This document shows positions 25,660-38,255 of a stretch of 64,000 nucleotides of DNA, piece by piece. Each line of letters begins with the position of its first letter. Positions within the stretch are counted from its first letter, which is position 1. Source of the stretch: Mobula hypostoma (taxonomy: Eukaryota); NCBI RefSeq assembly GCF_963921235.1, contig NC_086097.1, positions 117,244,001 to 117,308,000 of the forward strand, in the 5' to 3' direction. Both the position numbers and the translations under genes were made by a program. The notes beneath the pieces are model-generated. The model was not told where the DNA came from, searched no databases, and saw nothing but the letters and a program-made list of their open reading frames with translations.

Positions 25660-27230
25660 AATAAATGAATAAATAAATAGAAAAACAACAAATATTGAGA
25701 CATGAGATGAAGAGCACTTGAAAGTGAGTCAATAGGTTATGGGACTATTTCAATGTTGGGCAAGTGAAGTTATCCCTGTTGATTCAAGCTATTGATAGCT
25801 GAGGAATAATAACTGTTCCTGAACCTAGTAGTGTGAGTCCTAAGGCTCCTGTACTTTCTTCAGGATAGCAACAGTGAGAAGAGAGCAGGACCTGGGTTAT
25901 GGGGGTCTCTGATGATGGATGCTGCTAGGTCTTGAAGCTCCATGTAGATGTGCTCAGTGGTGGGGAGGGCTTTCCCTTGATGGATTAGACCATGTGGGTT
26001 CTCTGTTGAAGGACATTGATGTTTCCACATCGGGCTGTGATGCAGCCAGTCAATATACTCTCCATCATTAGAGGTTTGTCGAAATCTTGGATGTCATGCT
26101 GAATCTTTGCAAACTCTTAAGGAAGTAGAGATGTTGCCATGCTAACTTCATAATGGCATTCATGTGCGAGGTTCTGTGAGATGACAATGAGTGAGAAGTT
26201 GTTGTTGTGGTACCACTTAGCCAGATTTTCAATCTCCCTCCTATATGCTTATTCCTCACCACCTTTGATTTGGCCAACAACAATGGTGTTGCCAACAAAC
26301 TTAAACATTGCATTGGAGCAGTGGTTAGTCACAAAGTCATAAGTTTAAAGTGGGTAGAGCAGGGGCTAAGCACACAACCTTGCAGTGCACCTGTGCTGAC
26401 AGAGATTATGGAGGAGATGTTGTTGCCAATCTGAACAGAATGGGGTCTGCCAGTGAGGAATGGGGTCATCCATTTGCACAAGGATGCGGTCTTAAAGCTT
26501 ATTAATTGGTTTTGAAGGTATGATGGCATTATGCAGAGCTGTAGCTATTAAAGAGCATCCTGATGTATGCATTTCTGATATCCAGATGTCCCAGGGTTAA
26601 CTGAAAAGCCAATAAGATGGAAACTGCTATGGATCTATGATGCTGGTAGGCAACTTGAATCAGATCCAAGTCACTTCTCACCAACTTGTCAAAACACTTC
26701 ATCACTGTGGATGCAAGTGATATTGGATGATAGGCAGGTTACCACACTCTTCTTCCGCACATGTATAACTGAAGCCTGCATGAAGCAGATGGGTACCTCA
26801 GACTGGTGAAGTGAGAGGTTAAAGATCTCAGTGAGCACTCCAGCCAGCTGAGCACAGGAGTTTAGTACCCGGCCAGGTGCCCCATCTGGGCCGGATGTTT
26901 TCTATGGTTCATCCTCCTGAAGGATGCTCACAAGCCAGTCTCAGAGCCTGAAATCACAGGGTCATTAAGGGATGTGGGAGTTCGTGATGGATCCTCCCTG
27001 TTCTGATGACCAAAGCGAGCATAGAAGGCATTGAGCTCATCTGTAAATGAAGCCCTGCTGTCAACCGTGTAGCTTGATTTCACTTTAAAACAGGTGATAG
27101 CATTCTAGCCCTGACACAGCTGCTGAGCATCCCTCATTCGTTCAAGTTTAGTGAGGCATTGCCACCGGCCGTGAGGTGACTTTCTGGAGATCATACCTGG
27201 ACCTCTTGTAACTTACCTTTATTGGCCCTT
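25660..27230 (-). mobile_element. Rex1/Babar-type LINE (RT region and 3' UTR), decayed
   Basis: LCKWMTPFLTGRPHSVQIGNNISSIISVSTGALQGCVLSP; HLYFLKSLQRF. Confidence 0.88.
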
Positions 27231-27249
27231 ATCCGGTGGCTAATTATGC

Positions 27250-27455
27250 ACAATCCAATGTCTCCTCAGGAACTGTAGTGACTGCCCCCACTGACTTCTT
27301 TTAAACTCTCTCTCTCTCTCTCTCCCTCTACACGTTCTGGTGTCTCCCCGGGACTACGATGTGCAAAAATGAGCTGACTGCCCTCACTTGCTTCTTCTGA
27401 ACTCTCTCTCCCTCTACGCAATCTGATGTCTCCCCAGGACTGCGGTACACAAAAC
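27250..27455. repeat. diverged ~95-bp tandem repeat with (TC)n
   Basis: tgactgccc..cact..cttct..actctctc(tc)n-cctctac..tgtctcccc.ggact occurs 2-2.5 times. Confidence 0.7.
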
Positions 27456-28045
27456 ATTACATTTGTTTCATTTCAGTGGATTGTTATTTTTACTTTGGAT
27501 GCTGGAACCAAGTCATAACTTAGTGCCAATAATGACCGCAACTTGCCAGTAGAGAACAAGAATGGAAATCATGAACCATGAAAGCTAACTCCTAAATTAT
27601 TATTTTGGAAATCGTTTTGGTTGCCATCTTCATATCTTCTGTAATTGAGTTGAATATTGATGTACTATGTTTTCTGATATAAAAATAATAGGTAATTGAC
27701 AAATTAATACATATATCTGTGGAGTTGTTCATGAGTATTAATGTTTTTTGAAGACTGTTCATTTATAAGAAGCTGCAATTATAGCTCATGCTCAGCCATG
27801 TACAATAAGCCCATTTTGTCAGAAATAAATAGAGACCCTTTTTGTAATAGACAGTGTCAAGACTGAGCATCTGAAACAGGAATGGATGTATTACAGGATT
27901 TAATAATGGAAAAAAGGAAAAAATTGCATAATAAATTCAATTAAAATGTTCACAATATACTAAGTTTAAGATATAGCTTGAATATAACTAAACAAAGGAC
28001 TATATAGAATAATAAAAAAAATAGTTAAAGTGATAAAGATAATAT

Positions 28046-28450
28046 GAGGGAGAGTTGCTTGTTATGTCTCCCCTCTTGCTGTGAAACAGGGACGCCTCTT
28101 TTTCCCTTATTAAGGAGAGAGAGAGAGCCTGTGGTATGTCGAATACCGGGTGAATGAGTAGTCTTTGGGGTACTGCAACTCTGTGTCTTCATTGATGCTT
28201 GGCTGCATGCTTGAGTGCTCGGTGGGGGGGGCGCCAATGCTTTTTTGCTGGTGGGAAGGGGTGGGGTCATTGCTTTGCTGCTGCTTATGTGTGGGGGGGG
28301 AGCTGGGGGGTACTTTTGGATTCTGACATTTAACTGTCATTCATTCTTTGGGAAACTGCTTTGTTTTTGTGGATGTTTGAGAAGAAGAAGAATTTCAGGA
28401 TGTACGTTGTATACATTTCTCTGACATTAAATGTACCTATTGAAACCTAT
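28046..28450 (+). repeat. non-coding interspersed repeat, second copy of 6180-6600
   Basis: direct alignment with the reverse complement of 6180-6600. Confidence 0.8.
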
Positions 28451-28789
28451 AGAATCATAAAAATGTAAAATTTAAAATGTTGATCAAAAAAACAGTGTAA
28501 AACAAGAAAATAAGCCAGATAATAATGGCGTACCACAGATAGATCATAGAACTTGGGAGAAAAAAAACAGAACAGTACAGGCCCTTTGGTCCATGATGCT
28601 GTGCCTACCTTTTAACCCCATCTAAGGTTAACATACCTTTCCCTCGTACATAACCCTCCGTTTTTCTATCATTAATGTGCTTATCTAGGAGTTCCTTAAA
28701 CGCCGAAAGACATAAGGACACAATTGAAACAAAAATAAATGAGAAAATACCATTTTAATATGCATAGAGTTTATGGTGACAATTTGGAT

Positions 28790-29200
28790 ATATATATAGG
28801 ATAGAGGTAGTGGTTGCTGGGTCTTATTCTGAATGGAGGTCTAGGACTAGTGATGTTCCACAGGAACCCATACTGGGACCTCTGCTGTTAGCACTTTATA
28901 TGAATAATCTGGATGAAAATGTCGATGGGTAGGTAAGTAAGTTAACAAAAAAAAACGTGTGTTGTGGAGACAAGAGACTGTCACAGGATATAGTGGGACA
29001 GAGTTCAGTTGCAGATATAGAGGCAGAAATAACAGATAGAGTTTAATCCAGCCAAGTGTGAGAGGCTACACTTTTGGGAGGTCAAACGTAAAGACAGTTT
29101 ATAGCAAGACCCTTAACAATATTGAGATACAGAGGAGGTTCAAGTCCATAGATTCCTGAAAGTGGCTACACGGGTTGATAGGGTGGTAAATAAGGCTTAT
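28790..29200 (+). mobile_element. CR1 RT fragment, old
   Basis: gatgttccacagg..actgggacctctgctg..atctggatgaaaatgt..gagtttaatccagccaagtgtgag. Confidence 0.8.
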
Positions 29201-29919
29201 GGAGAAGGAAGTCAAAAGGTGAATTGATGGTGAAGACCTAAAAGCATGTATAAAGGATTACGTTAGATAATTGTTCTGTTTTCAATGGTCATTCTCCAGC
29301 ACCTTTGTGGCATGAATGCAGTTTAGCAATTGGCGTTCTATTCCTGAACATTGTCTGTTATGGTACACACCCGACCGCACCAGCCTCCGGGGTTCAGACA
29401 CGCCAATTCTCCAGAGTGCAGATAGCTGGTGCGGTCACTTTGAAGATTCTGCCCCACTTCGCTAATTGGCAGCCATATTTTGGCCCCAATATTTGGGTAT
29501 TGAAAGAGTGTTAGAACTCAGTTTTGGTGCTTGGTTGTCATTGTCAGCCCAACGTTTGTTCATTCTGCGATTGCATTTAGGGTTTTCTGTCTCATTTGGA
29601 TTCTTTTCTAGTCTCATCAGGTTCTCGTCCAGCATCCAGTCAAGAACCCTGCCTCGACTCAGTCTCACAATCCTGTGTCCATTCTGGTCTCCGATAGTCC
29701 AGCACTTGCGTCCTTACCATACTCGTCTAGGCTTCTTCCCAAACCTAGTACACGTAGACAACGACTGCTTCATTTTCCAATGAGCTGGGGGAGGAAGTAA
29801 AAATTTGCCTGATTGTCAGCTGACATCAGCACTTTTTGACCTTATGATGCAAAGAATATCATTGATCTGGCAGCAGAGGGTAATTAGGCTTGAGACACTA
29901 CACTGAGGTGCTACTGGAG

Positions 29920-30520
29920 TGAGGTCCAGGAATAGGTTCACGTGAATGATCCCAGGAATGAAAGGGTTAATGAATGGGGAGCGTTTGATGGTTCTGAGTC
30001 TGTATCCACTGGAGTTGAGGAGAATGAGGAAAGGCCTAGATAGGGCGAACATGGAGGGAGGTTTCCAACAATAGGCGAATCTCGGACCAGAGGACACAGC
30101 CTCAGAATACAAGGATGTCCCTTTGGAACTGAGAAAAGGAGGAATTTCTTTAGCCTGTGGTTGGTGAATCTGTGGAAATCATTGCCACTGATGGCTCTGG
30201 AAGTTGATTGGCTCTTGATTAGTAAGGGCGTGAAAGGTTCCAGGGAGAAGGCAGGAGAGCAGGAGTGAGAGGCATAATAACAGGAATTCTGCAGATGCTG
30301 GAAATTCAAGCAACATACATCAAAGTTGCTGGTGAACGCAGCAGGCCAGGCAGCATCTATAGGAAGAGGCGCAGTCGACGTTTCAGGCCGAGACCCTTCG
30401 TCACGGGTCTCGGCCTGAAACGTCGACTGCGCCTCTTCCTATAGATGCTGCCTGGCCTGCTGCGTTCACCAGCAACTTTGATGTATGTTGCGTGAGAGGC
30501 ATAATAATTGGCCATGATTC
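29920..30520 (+). mobile_element. CR1 3' end, hosting a hairpin insertion
   Basis: aggttcacgtgaatgatcccaggaatgaaagggtt...ggtgaatctgtggaa. Confidence 0.85.
30281..30491. mobile_element. Penelope-derived fold-back mini-element with a perfect 87-bp inverted repeat
   Basis: arms 30310-30396 and 30405-30491 are exact reverse complements, 8-nt loop; 16-bp TSD GTGAGAGGCATAATAA (30265-30280, 30492-30507); homologous to the ends of the PLE at 45845-47244. Confidence 0.9.
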
Positions 30521-31297
30521 AATTCAATTCCGGTTTAATTGTCATTTAACCGTATATGAATACAACTGAGACAACGTTACTACAGGGCCAAGATACAAAG
30601 ACACATTACCAAGAGTCACACAGTAAGCACACACAAGGTCACTATCATGTTATAATAGTCCCAAAGCCCACCCCCCCATGACACATGGCTTTGAAGTCCA
30701 GTTCTTGCATATACGAGCACATATAGATAATTAGTAAAAAACACATCCATTGTTTTTACTAATATTCCTTTGAGTGCAGCCAGAAAAAGCTGCAGTTGGC
30801 CACACCAGAGCTACAGAGCTCACCTTCTGCCGAGTGACATCCTGGGAGGAAAGCTTCCGACCACACCGCCCCGGTGAAGCACAACACCTTCGTGCCCTCA
30901 CTCCAGGTGGCTGCAACCAGGCAGCACCAAGGCTTCAGGCCTAGTCCTTACCTCAACCCGAGGACTGGGCCCCCTCCATTCTCCACCCACCCCTGCTCTC
31001 ATCCAATAAACCAGTGAATGGAACTCACTGCACACCACATTAACAATGTGCAAAGGGGTCTTGCGATCACAAGAAAAGCGACCAGACAGCCACTCGCCAT
31101 TTGACTTTACACCTCCATCAGCCTCAGCACATTGTGCAGCTCCTTCCTTAACTCGCTGATGGTGCAGACCTGCAGTACTTTAAGTTCTTAATGTACAGCA
31201 GGATCTTACGATCTTTAAAAGTACATTTAAGTAGAATGGTCAAACCTTTTGTTGACACCACAGAAGCCAACGTGATCAGCCATGCTGCCATCTTGCC
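30515..31297 (-). repeat. non-coding repeat with (ttgaa)n tail and aagatggc 5' end; related tail at ~45260-45350
   Basis: gtttaattgtc.tt.aacc shared with 45275; unclassified, probably Rex1/L2-mobilised. Confidence 0.45.
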
Positions 31298-31449
31298 AGA
31301 AAACTGATCGAAGGGCAGGGTAGGCTTGATGGTCTGAATAACCTAATTCTACTCCTATTACCTTATAGGATGATTTATTTCTGAGAACTATGATCACCTT
31401 CTTTTTCTGTGAGGTATGACTCTAACCAATGACCTGTTACACATTAAAA

Positions 31450-31740
31450 CACAGAGAAGCAAACACAGAAATTCCACAATGCCTGTGCCAATCATGATGT
31501 CAATCCACAGTAATTCCATCTACCTGTATGGGGTCCATACCCTCTCCTCCCTGCTACTCATGTGCCTGTCCAAGTGACTCTGAAACACTGCTATTGCACA
31601 CACTTCCACCCCTTCCCCTGGCAGCAAGTTCCAGACACTTATCACTCTCCATGTAAAAGAACTTGCCTCATAAATTGTCCTTCACACCTCCCCTCTCTCC
31701 TTAAAGCTACGTTCTCCAGTATTTAACATTTCCATTACAA
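31450..31740 (-). mobile_element. CR1 3' end, old
   Basis: ttttacatggagagtgataagtgtctggaacttgctgccagggg on the minus strand. Confidence 0.7.
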
Positions 31741-32919
31741 AATGCTCCGAATGTGGCCTGAAATAAGTTTTAGACAACTACTGCACAGCTTTCTGACTTT
31801 CATACTCCACACCCAAACTGATGACATTAAGCATTCATTATCCCATCTTTATCATATTGAATTCAGTTTTATCAGGAATTCTTTATGCAACACTCAGTCA
31901 AATGCTTCTCTGATGCCTGCAACATCCACCTACACCTTCCCTCAGGAACCCATTTCATTGGTTCATATCTGGAGCAAGGCCGTGATAGTTCTGACCAAAC
32001 AGAATTCAGGATTGTCAGTAAGTTATTGGTGTGTAACTGCTGCACTATAGCACTGAAGCTGCTGTTGGATCTCTGTTTATTTTCTGATCCTTAAGGCTCT
32101 TCTGGGAGTCGGGAATGATGTTAGGAAAACATTCTTAATTTCTATATTTCAGATTATTTTAGAGCACATACAAACAAACATACAAATACTGAGTAAACTA
32201 AATAAAGAGCCCAGAAAGATGCCAAGAGGGGACAAAGAAATAAAGATGGCACTTCTGAAAAATCTATCACTTTTATAGATAAGATAAAGAAAATCCTTAG
32301 ATAGGAATGAATTAGTCAATAGGCTACATAATTAAAACAATTACATCCTAATACTTAGCCAATGAAAAATGAGCAAGGTGATAAACCGTTAGTTTAGGTG
32401 CTATACCGCTTTCTGCCACCCAGTGTGAGAAATACACAAGTTTGTTAAAAAGGTACAAATCTTTTTAAAAGATCTACAAAAGAACAGTAGTTTCTAACAC
32501 TAACATTCTGCTGAATAAATGACAGGATAGAAATTTGTGTGATAATTAACATCAATTTCAAAATTCAAAGTAAATTTATTGTAAAGGTACAAGTACATCA
32601 CGATATACTAGCTTGAGATTCATTGTTTTGCAGCATTTACAGGAAAATAAAGAAATACAATAGGAGTTATGAAACATTATATCTAACAAAGGCAGACAAA
32701 AAAGTCGATAAATAATACTGAGAACACGAGTTGTAAAGTTCTTTAAAGCAAGATTCTAAGTCAGATCAGCAATCTCAATTAAATATGATCTCCTTTTGGT
32801 GAACAGAACAGATATATATGGACAATTGTGTGAGAATTAACTCAATTACATTTGTAGATATGGCCTTATTTTAGTGAAGAGGGCATACATTGCTGGACAT
32901 GAAAAGGGCTGTTCTCTCA

Positions 32920-33319
32920 TGATCCCTATGTAATCTGACAGAGCTTGAGGTTTTGTGAAGAAGAATGGGGAAAATTGCAGTGTCCAGATGTGCAAAGCTG
33001 ATAGAGACCTATCCACACAGACTCAAGGCTGTAATTGCTTCCAAAGGTGCATCTACTAGATACATCTACTAGGTGCATCTACTAAATCTGACCTGAAGGG
33101 GGTAAGTAATTATGCAATCAATTATTTTGTGTTTTATATTTGTAATTAATCTAGATCTATCTGTAGAAATTTGTCTTCACTTTGACACAATGAAGTCTTT
33201 TCTGTTGATCAGCGTCAAAAAGGCCTAATTAAATCCATTGTGCTTCAATGTTGTAAAACAATAAAACATGAAAACTTCCGGGGGGGGCGGCGGTGTGAAC
33301 ACTTTTAATCAGCACTGTA
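32920..33319 (+). mobile_element. Tc1 transposon 3' fragment with long TIR (family B)
   Basis: transposase C-terminus EEWGKIAVSRCAKLIETYPHRLKAVIASKGAST; ends CACTG-TA; reverse-homologous to 36926-37290. Confidence 0.88.
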
Positions 33320-33640
33320 TACGGGAAATTCCCCACCTTATCAGTTTACTACCAGTACCAAAACTGAACTGGAGCTTAGCTAAAGGTGCAGCTAAATATG
33401 GAGCGCAAGTCTTCAGATCTACAGCCCGGATGCATTCTGGCCCCATTGTTTTACTGTATCCAGGAGTCTCTGCCATTTGCTGTTATCATATAGACAGAAT
33501 CAAATTCAATATCCCATGACAAGTTCGAGGGATAAATGCAAAGCTGAATGTTGGCACAGGGCAATCATGTCTTTATAAGAGACATTTATTATAAAGACGT
33601 GGTAGGTTAGCTGTGTGAAAGTCATCATGATTACAATTGC

Positions 33641-33866
33641 AACACACATCAAAGTTGCTGGTGAACGCAGCAGGCCAGGCAGCAACTCTAGGAAGAGGTA
33701 CAGTCGACGTTTCAGGCTGAGATCCTTCATCAGGTCTGATGAAGGGTCGCGGCCTGAAACGTTGACTGTACCTCTTCCTAGAGTTGCTGCCTGGCCTGCT
33801 GCGTTCACCAGTAACTTTGATGTGTGTTGCTTGAATTTCCAGCATCTGCAGAATTCCTCATGTTTG
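33641..33866. mobile_element. Penelope-derived fold-back mini-element with back-to-back hammerhead cores
   Basis: arms ~33639-33733 and 33736-33830 (5 mismatches), 2-nt loop; 15-bp TSD CATGATTACAATTGC (33626-33640, 33867-33881). Confidence 0.9.
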
Positions 33867-33924
33867 CATGATTACAATTGCTATTTCTTTCTTTGCAAAA
33901 TCAGATATAGAAAATGGGCACGAG

Positions 33925-34300
33925 GTACCGCAGGTGCTGGAGATCTAGAACAATACACACAATACATTGGAGGAGCTCAGCAGGTCAAGCAGCATCTATG
34001 GATGAGAATAGACAGTCACCATTTCGGGCTGAGACCATTCTCAGGACTGGAAAGCAATGGGAAGAAGTCAGAATAAGGATGCTGGGGAGGGGAGGAAGAA
34101 GTACAAGGTAGCAAGTGATAAGTGAAACCGGGAGAGGGAGAGGGGTGAAGTAAAGAGCTGGGAAGTCGATCAGTGAAAAAGATATAGGGCTGGAGAAGTG
34201 GGAATCGGATAGGAGAGGACAGAAGGCCATGGAAGAAAGGAAAGGGGGAGGAGCACCAGAGGGAGGTGGTGGGCAGGTAAGAAGAGAAGGTATGAGTGAA
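33925..34300 (-). mobile_element. Penelope-like element terminal (pLTR) fragment
   Basis: homologous to 45845-46130; degenerate hammerhead ccagtcctgagaatggtctcagcccgaaatggtgactg. Confidence 0.75.
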
Positions 34301-35771
34301 AATGATATGTGCAAACAATTTCTTTAATACTTTGTTAAACTTGCTACCTTTTTTTGTTGGTAGCTTTAGTAAACAGTTAGTCACACAGGTCTGATGGATC
34401 AGGATGTAGAATTGTTATTTTCGTGCAGTTTAACATTCCTGTGCTTGCTGGTGTTATTATACAACCACCTATATACATAATTGTTCCGTGAATTTTCCAG
34501 TAATTATGATAGAGTTATTTTTGCATTTTTTTTTTAGTTTTCAGTAGCAGATATCGCACTACTTGAATTTGTCTGTTGTTGTCACTGATTTTTTTTGTTA
34601 TCTCCAGTTGGAGCATGATACAACTACAATTTTTAAGAGATATGGAGCTTAGAAAAGTAGAGGGCTATGTGGTAGGCAGCTTCTAGAATAGGTTGCAGGG
34701 TCAGCACAACATTGTGGGCTGTACTGTGCTGTAGATTTTCTGTGCTCTAACTGCTTTTTCCCCTTTGTCTATTCTTTGTTCTCTCAGCTTATCTATCTGC
34801 TCCATCTTTGTTCTCCCAGCACTTAATAAAATTGCCAGCAATAAGTTCTGTGCCTCATTCTTGACTTCTGAAGAAGCTTTGAATTGTAAAAACATCAGAA
34901 CCCAAGACAATGAGGTTGATGGTGCCCACTAAGGTAGCTTAAATAGCAATATCGAAAATCAAAATAACCGCAAAGGTGGGAAATCTGAAACGAGAGCTCG
35001 ATGCAATCAGTAGGTCAAGCAGAGTCTGTGGAAAGAGAAAATGTTAATGTTTCAGTTTTTGATCTGCTGAGTGTTTCCACCATGTTCTGGTTTTGCAGGG
35101 CGATTGTATTTGCAGCAGTATTTCAGGCCAACCTGCAGGGATATCCATGGAAAATTAAAGTTCTTTTTCTGAGCACTGTTGAGAAATGTCCATCATCACG
35201 TGAAAAAGGCTGGAGAAGTGTGGATATTTTTATTGAAACTGATGTAGAAAGTTGAATTCAGTGCTATACTTCAAAAAGAAACCCTGCAGCCAACCTCTCA
35301 CCAGCACAGTACTGTTGGTGTAAAACAAAGTGAGCAGAGCCTGGACGAAGGATCTTCAATGTGAACCATTCATTCTGTTTCACTTTCCACAGATGCTGCC
35401 TGACGTGATGAGTGTTTTTAGCACTTTTCTGTTTTTTTTATTATCAGTGCTCTCAGAACTACCCTCCTGAGCTGTTGAAGGAGACAAGCTGGAGCTGCTG
35501 TAATTTTACCAAAATAGAACTAGAGCTGTAAATTTGTTTGGGAAAATTGCAGGATGGTGAGGATAAACACAGAAAAACCAATCACTTCACTTGGGTTCAA
35601 ATATGTTACACTGTATTCATGCAACAAACAGTCAAATAGCAAGTAATTTCAGAAGGTATTGATGTTCTTCTCATGAAATAATAAAAAAGCATACAAGCTG
35701 GATAGGTATTTGAAGTGTAAGAATTTAAAACCAACATTCAGGGGGCCATTGACAGTGACTATTTTCTAAGC

Positions 35772-36301
35772 TCACTTAGTGGCCGCTTTATTCAGTACCT
35801 CTTGTAACTAGTACAATGACTATTCAGTATATGTTTGAGGTCTTCTGCTGCTGTAGCTCATCCTCTTTAAGATTTGATATGTTGTGAGCTCAAAGATGCT
35901 TTTCTGTTGTTTATTAAGTTACTGTCGCCTTCCTGTCAGCTTGAACCAGCCGAGCCATTCTCCTCCGACCTTTCACATTAACAAGGTATTTTTACTCACA
36001 GAACTGCCACTCACTGGATGTTTTGTTTTTTGTTTTTTTTTGCACTATTCTTTGTAAACTCTAGAGATTGTTATGCACGAAAATCCCAGGAGATCAGCAG
36101 TTTCTGAGATTCTCAAGCCACCCATTTTGGCACCAACTATTATTCCATGGTCAAGGTCACTTAGATCACACTTCTTCCCATTTTGGTTGGTCTCAACCTC
36201 TTGAATATATCTGCATGGTCTTTTATGCAATGAACTGCTGCCACAGAATTGCCTGATTTGGTAACTGCGTTAACAAGCAAGTGTAAAGTGACTACTGAGT
36301 G
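35772..36301 (-). mobile_element. Tc1-derived non-autonomous element (family A)
   Basis: GKKCDLSDLDHGIIVGAKMGGLRISETADLLGFSCITISRVYKE; degenerate TIRs. Confidence 0.85.
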
Positions 36302-36925
36302 CCAGAATAGAAATCTGGGGTGTGTGGGGAACAAAGTTATCTCCCAACCTGACAAGGAACATCAGTGCTTGCATTTTTGTGAGTCTCCTTTGCCACATTT
36401 GCAGATATTAATGAACATATTTTCAGAGTGGGTGACAGAGACCAGGCCATCTTTCAGTAGACCATGGGAAACAATGTTAGGATCTTACATAACAACCAGT
36501 TGGTTCACCAGCACCCATTTTCCAATAGACAGAGGCAACTGGTCTTCCTCTAAAATATTATACCTAATAATTACTCATAATATTATTTTCAATTTATATT
36601 TTTTCTAATTCACAATCATTCCCTTCAAATTAAAACTGTTCCTTCATGTAAAAATGTCTTAATAATATAAGATTTCAACTCTTGCAAAATACGTTGCAGG
36701 AAACTGATCTCCAGTAAGCAAATAAATCTGTTTAGTTAAGATCATATGCTCTGTCAGTACAGATGGGAAAGCATCTTCACCGTCACACATGCTAAGCTGT
36801 TTAATTAGAACCATCCAAATAAGAAAGCCTCATGATCAGTTTTCTTTTAAATATTCTGTTTGGAAATTTCCATTGTAAAATGATGTCATGTATGCATTCA
36901 GACACATGATAGCTATTTTACAGTT

Positions 36926-38255
36926 ACAATCCCTATGAAACATATTCACACCCACTTGGAAGTTTTCGTGTTTTATTGTTTTACAACATTGAATCACAGT
37001 GGATTTAATTTGGCTTTTTTGACATTGATCAACCAAAAAAAGACTCTTTCCTGTCAGAATGAAAACAGATAGCTACAAAGTGATTTCAATTAATTACAAA
37101 TATAAAAGAGGAAATACTTGATTGCTTAAGTATTCACCCCTTCAAGTCGGTATTTAGTAGATGCACCTTTGGCAGCAATTACAGCCTTGAGTCTGAGTCG
37201 ATAGGTTTCTACCAGCTTTGCACATCTGGACATTACAATTTTTCCCCACTCTTCTTTACAAAACTGCTAAAGCTCTGTCAGATTGCATGGGAATCATGAG
37301 TGAACAGCCTTTTCTCTATTGGATTGAGGTCTGGACATTGACTTGGCCACTCCAGGATACTACCTTTGTTTTCTAAACCATTCCTGCGTAGCTTTGGTTT
37401 TATGCTTGGGGTCATTGTTTTGTTAGAAACTACATCTTCTCACAGATCTCATGCAGACTGCATCAGGTTTTCCTCCAGGACTTCCTTGTACTTTGCTACA
37501 TCCATTTTACCCTCTACTTTCACAAGCCTTCTTGGGCCTGCGGCAGTGAAGCATCCCCCCAGCATGATGCAGGCGCCATCTGGTGGCTACGTTTGTGTGT
37601 TTTTGATGATGTTGTGTGCTTGGCTTACGGCAAACATAGTCTGATGACCAAAAACCTCAGTTTTGGTTTCACCAGACCACAAGAACCTTCTTCCAGATGA
37701 CTTCAGAGTCTCCAATATGCCTTCTGGCAAACTCCAGCTGAGATTTCATGTGAGTGTTTTCAACAATGGCTTTCTCTTCCCAATCTCCCATAAAGCTGCC
37801 ACTGGTGAAGCACCCAGACAACAGTTGTATGCGCTCTCTCTTCCATCTCAGCCAGTGAAGCTTATAACTCTTCCGGAGTTGTCATTAGTCTCTTGGTAGC
37901 CTCCCTCACTCGTCCCCTTCTTACACGGTCACTTAGTTTTTGAGGACAGCCCGCTCGACTCAAATTTACAGCTGTGTGACATTCTTTCCGTTTCTTAATG
38001 ATTGACAACTGTACTCCAAGGGATATTCTGTGACTTGGAAATTTTCTTGTATCTGTCTCCTGACTTGTGCTTTTCAACAACCTTCCTTATGAGGAGTTGC
38101 TTGGGGTGTTCTTTTGTCTTCATGGTGTAGCTTTTGCCAGGATACTGACTCACCAGCAGTTGGACCTTCAGATAGAGGTGTACTATTACTAAAATTAATT
38201 GAAACTCCTTGACTGTACACAGGTTTCAAAAAACAGATCTCCATTGAACTAATAG
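36926..38255 (-). mobile_element. Tc1 transposon (family B), decayed, one TIR missing
   Basis: long TIR at left; HTAVNLSRAGCPQKLSDRVRRGRVREATKRLMTTPEEL; MLGGCFTAAGP; NDPKHKTK; WPSQCPDLNPIE. Confidence 0.9.

Noticed and set aside
33615..34076. mirror-image ORFs on both strands
   Set aside because: artefact of the palindromic insertion
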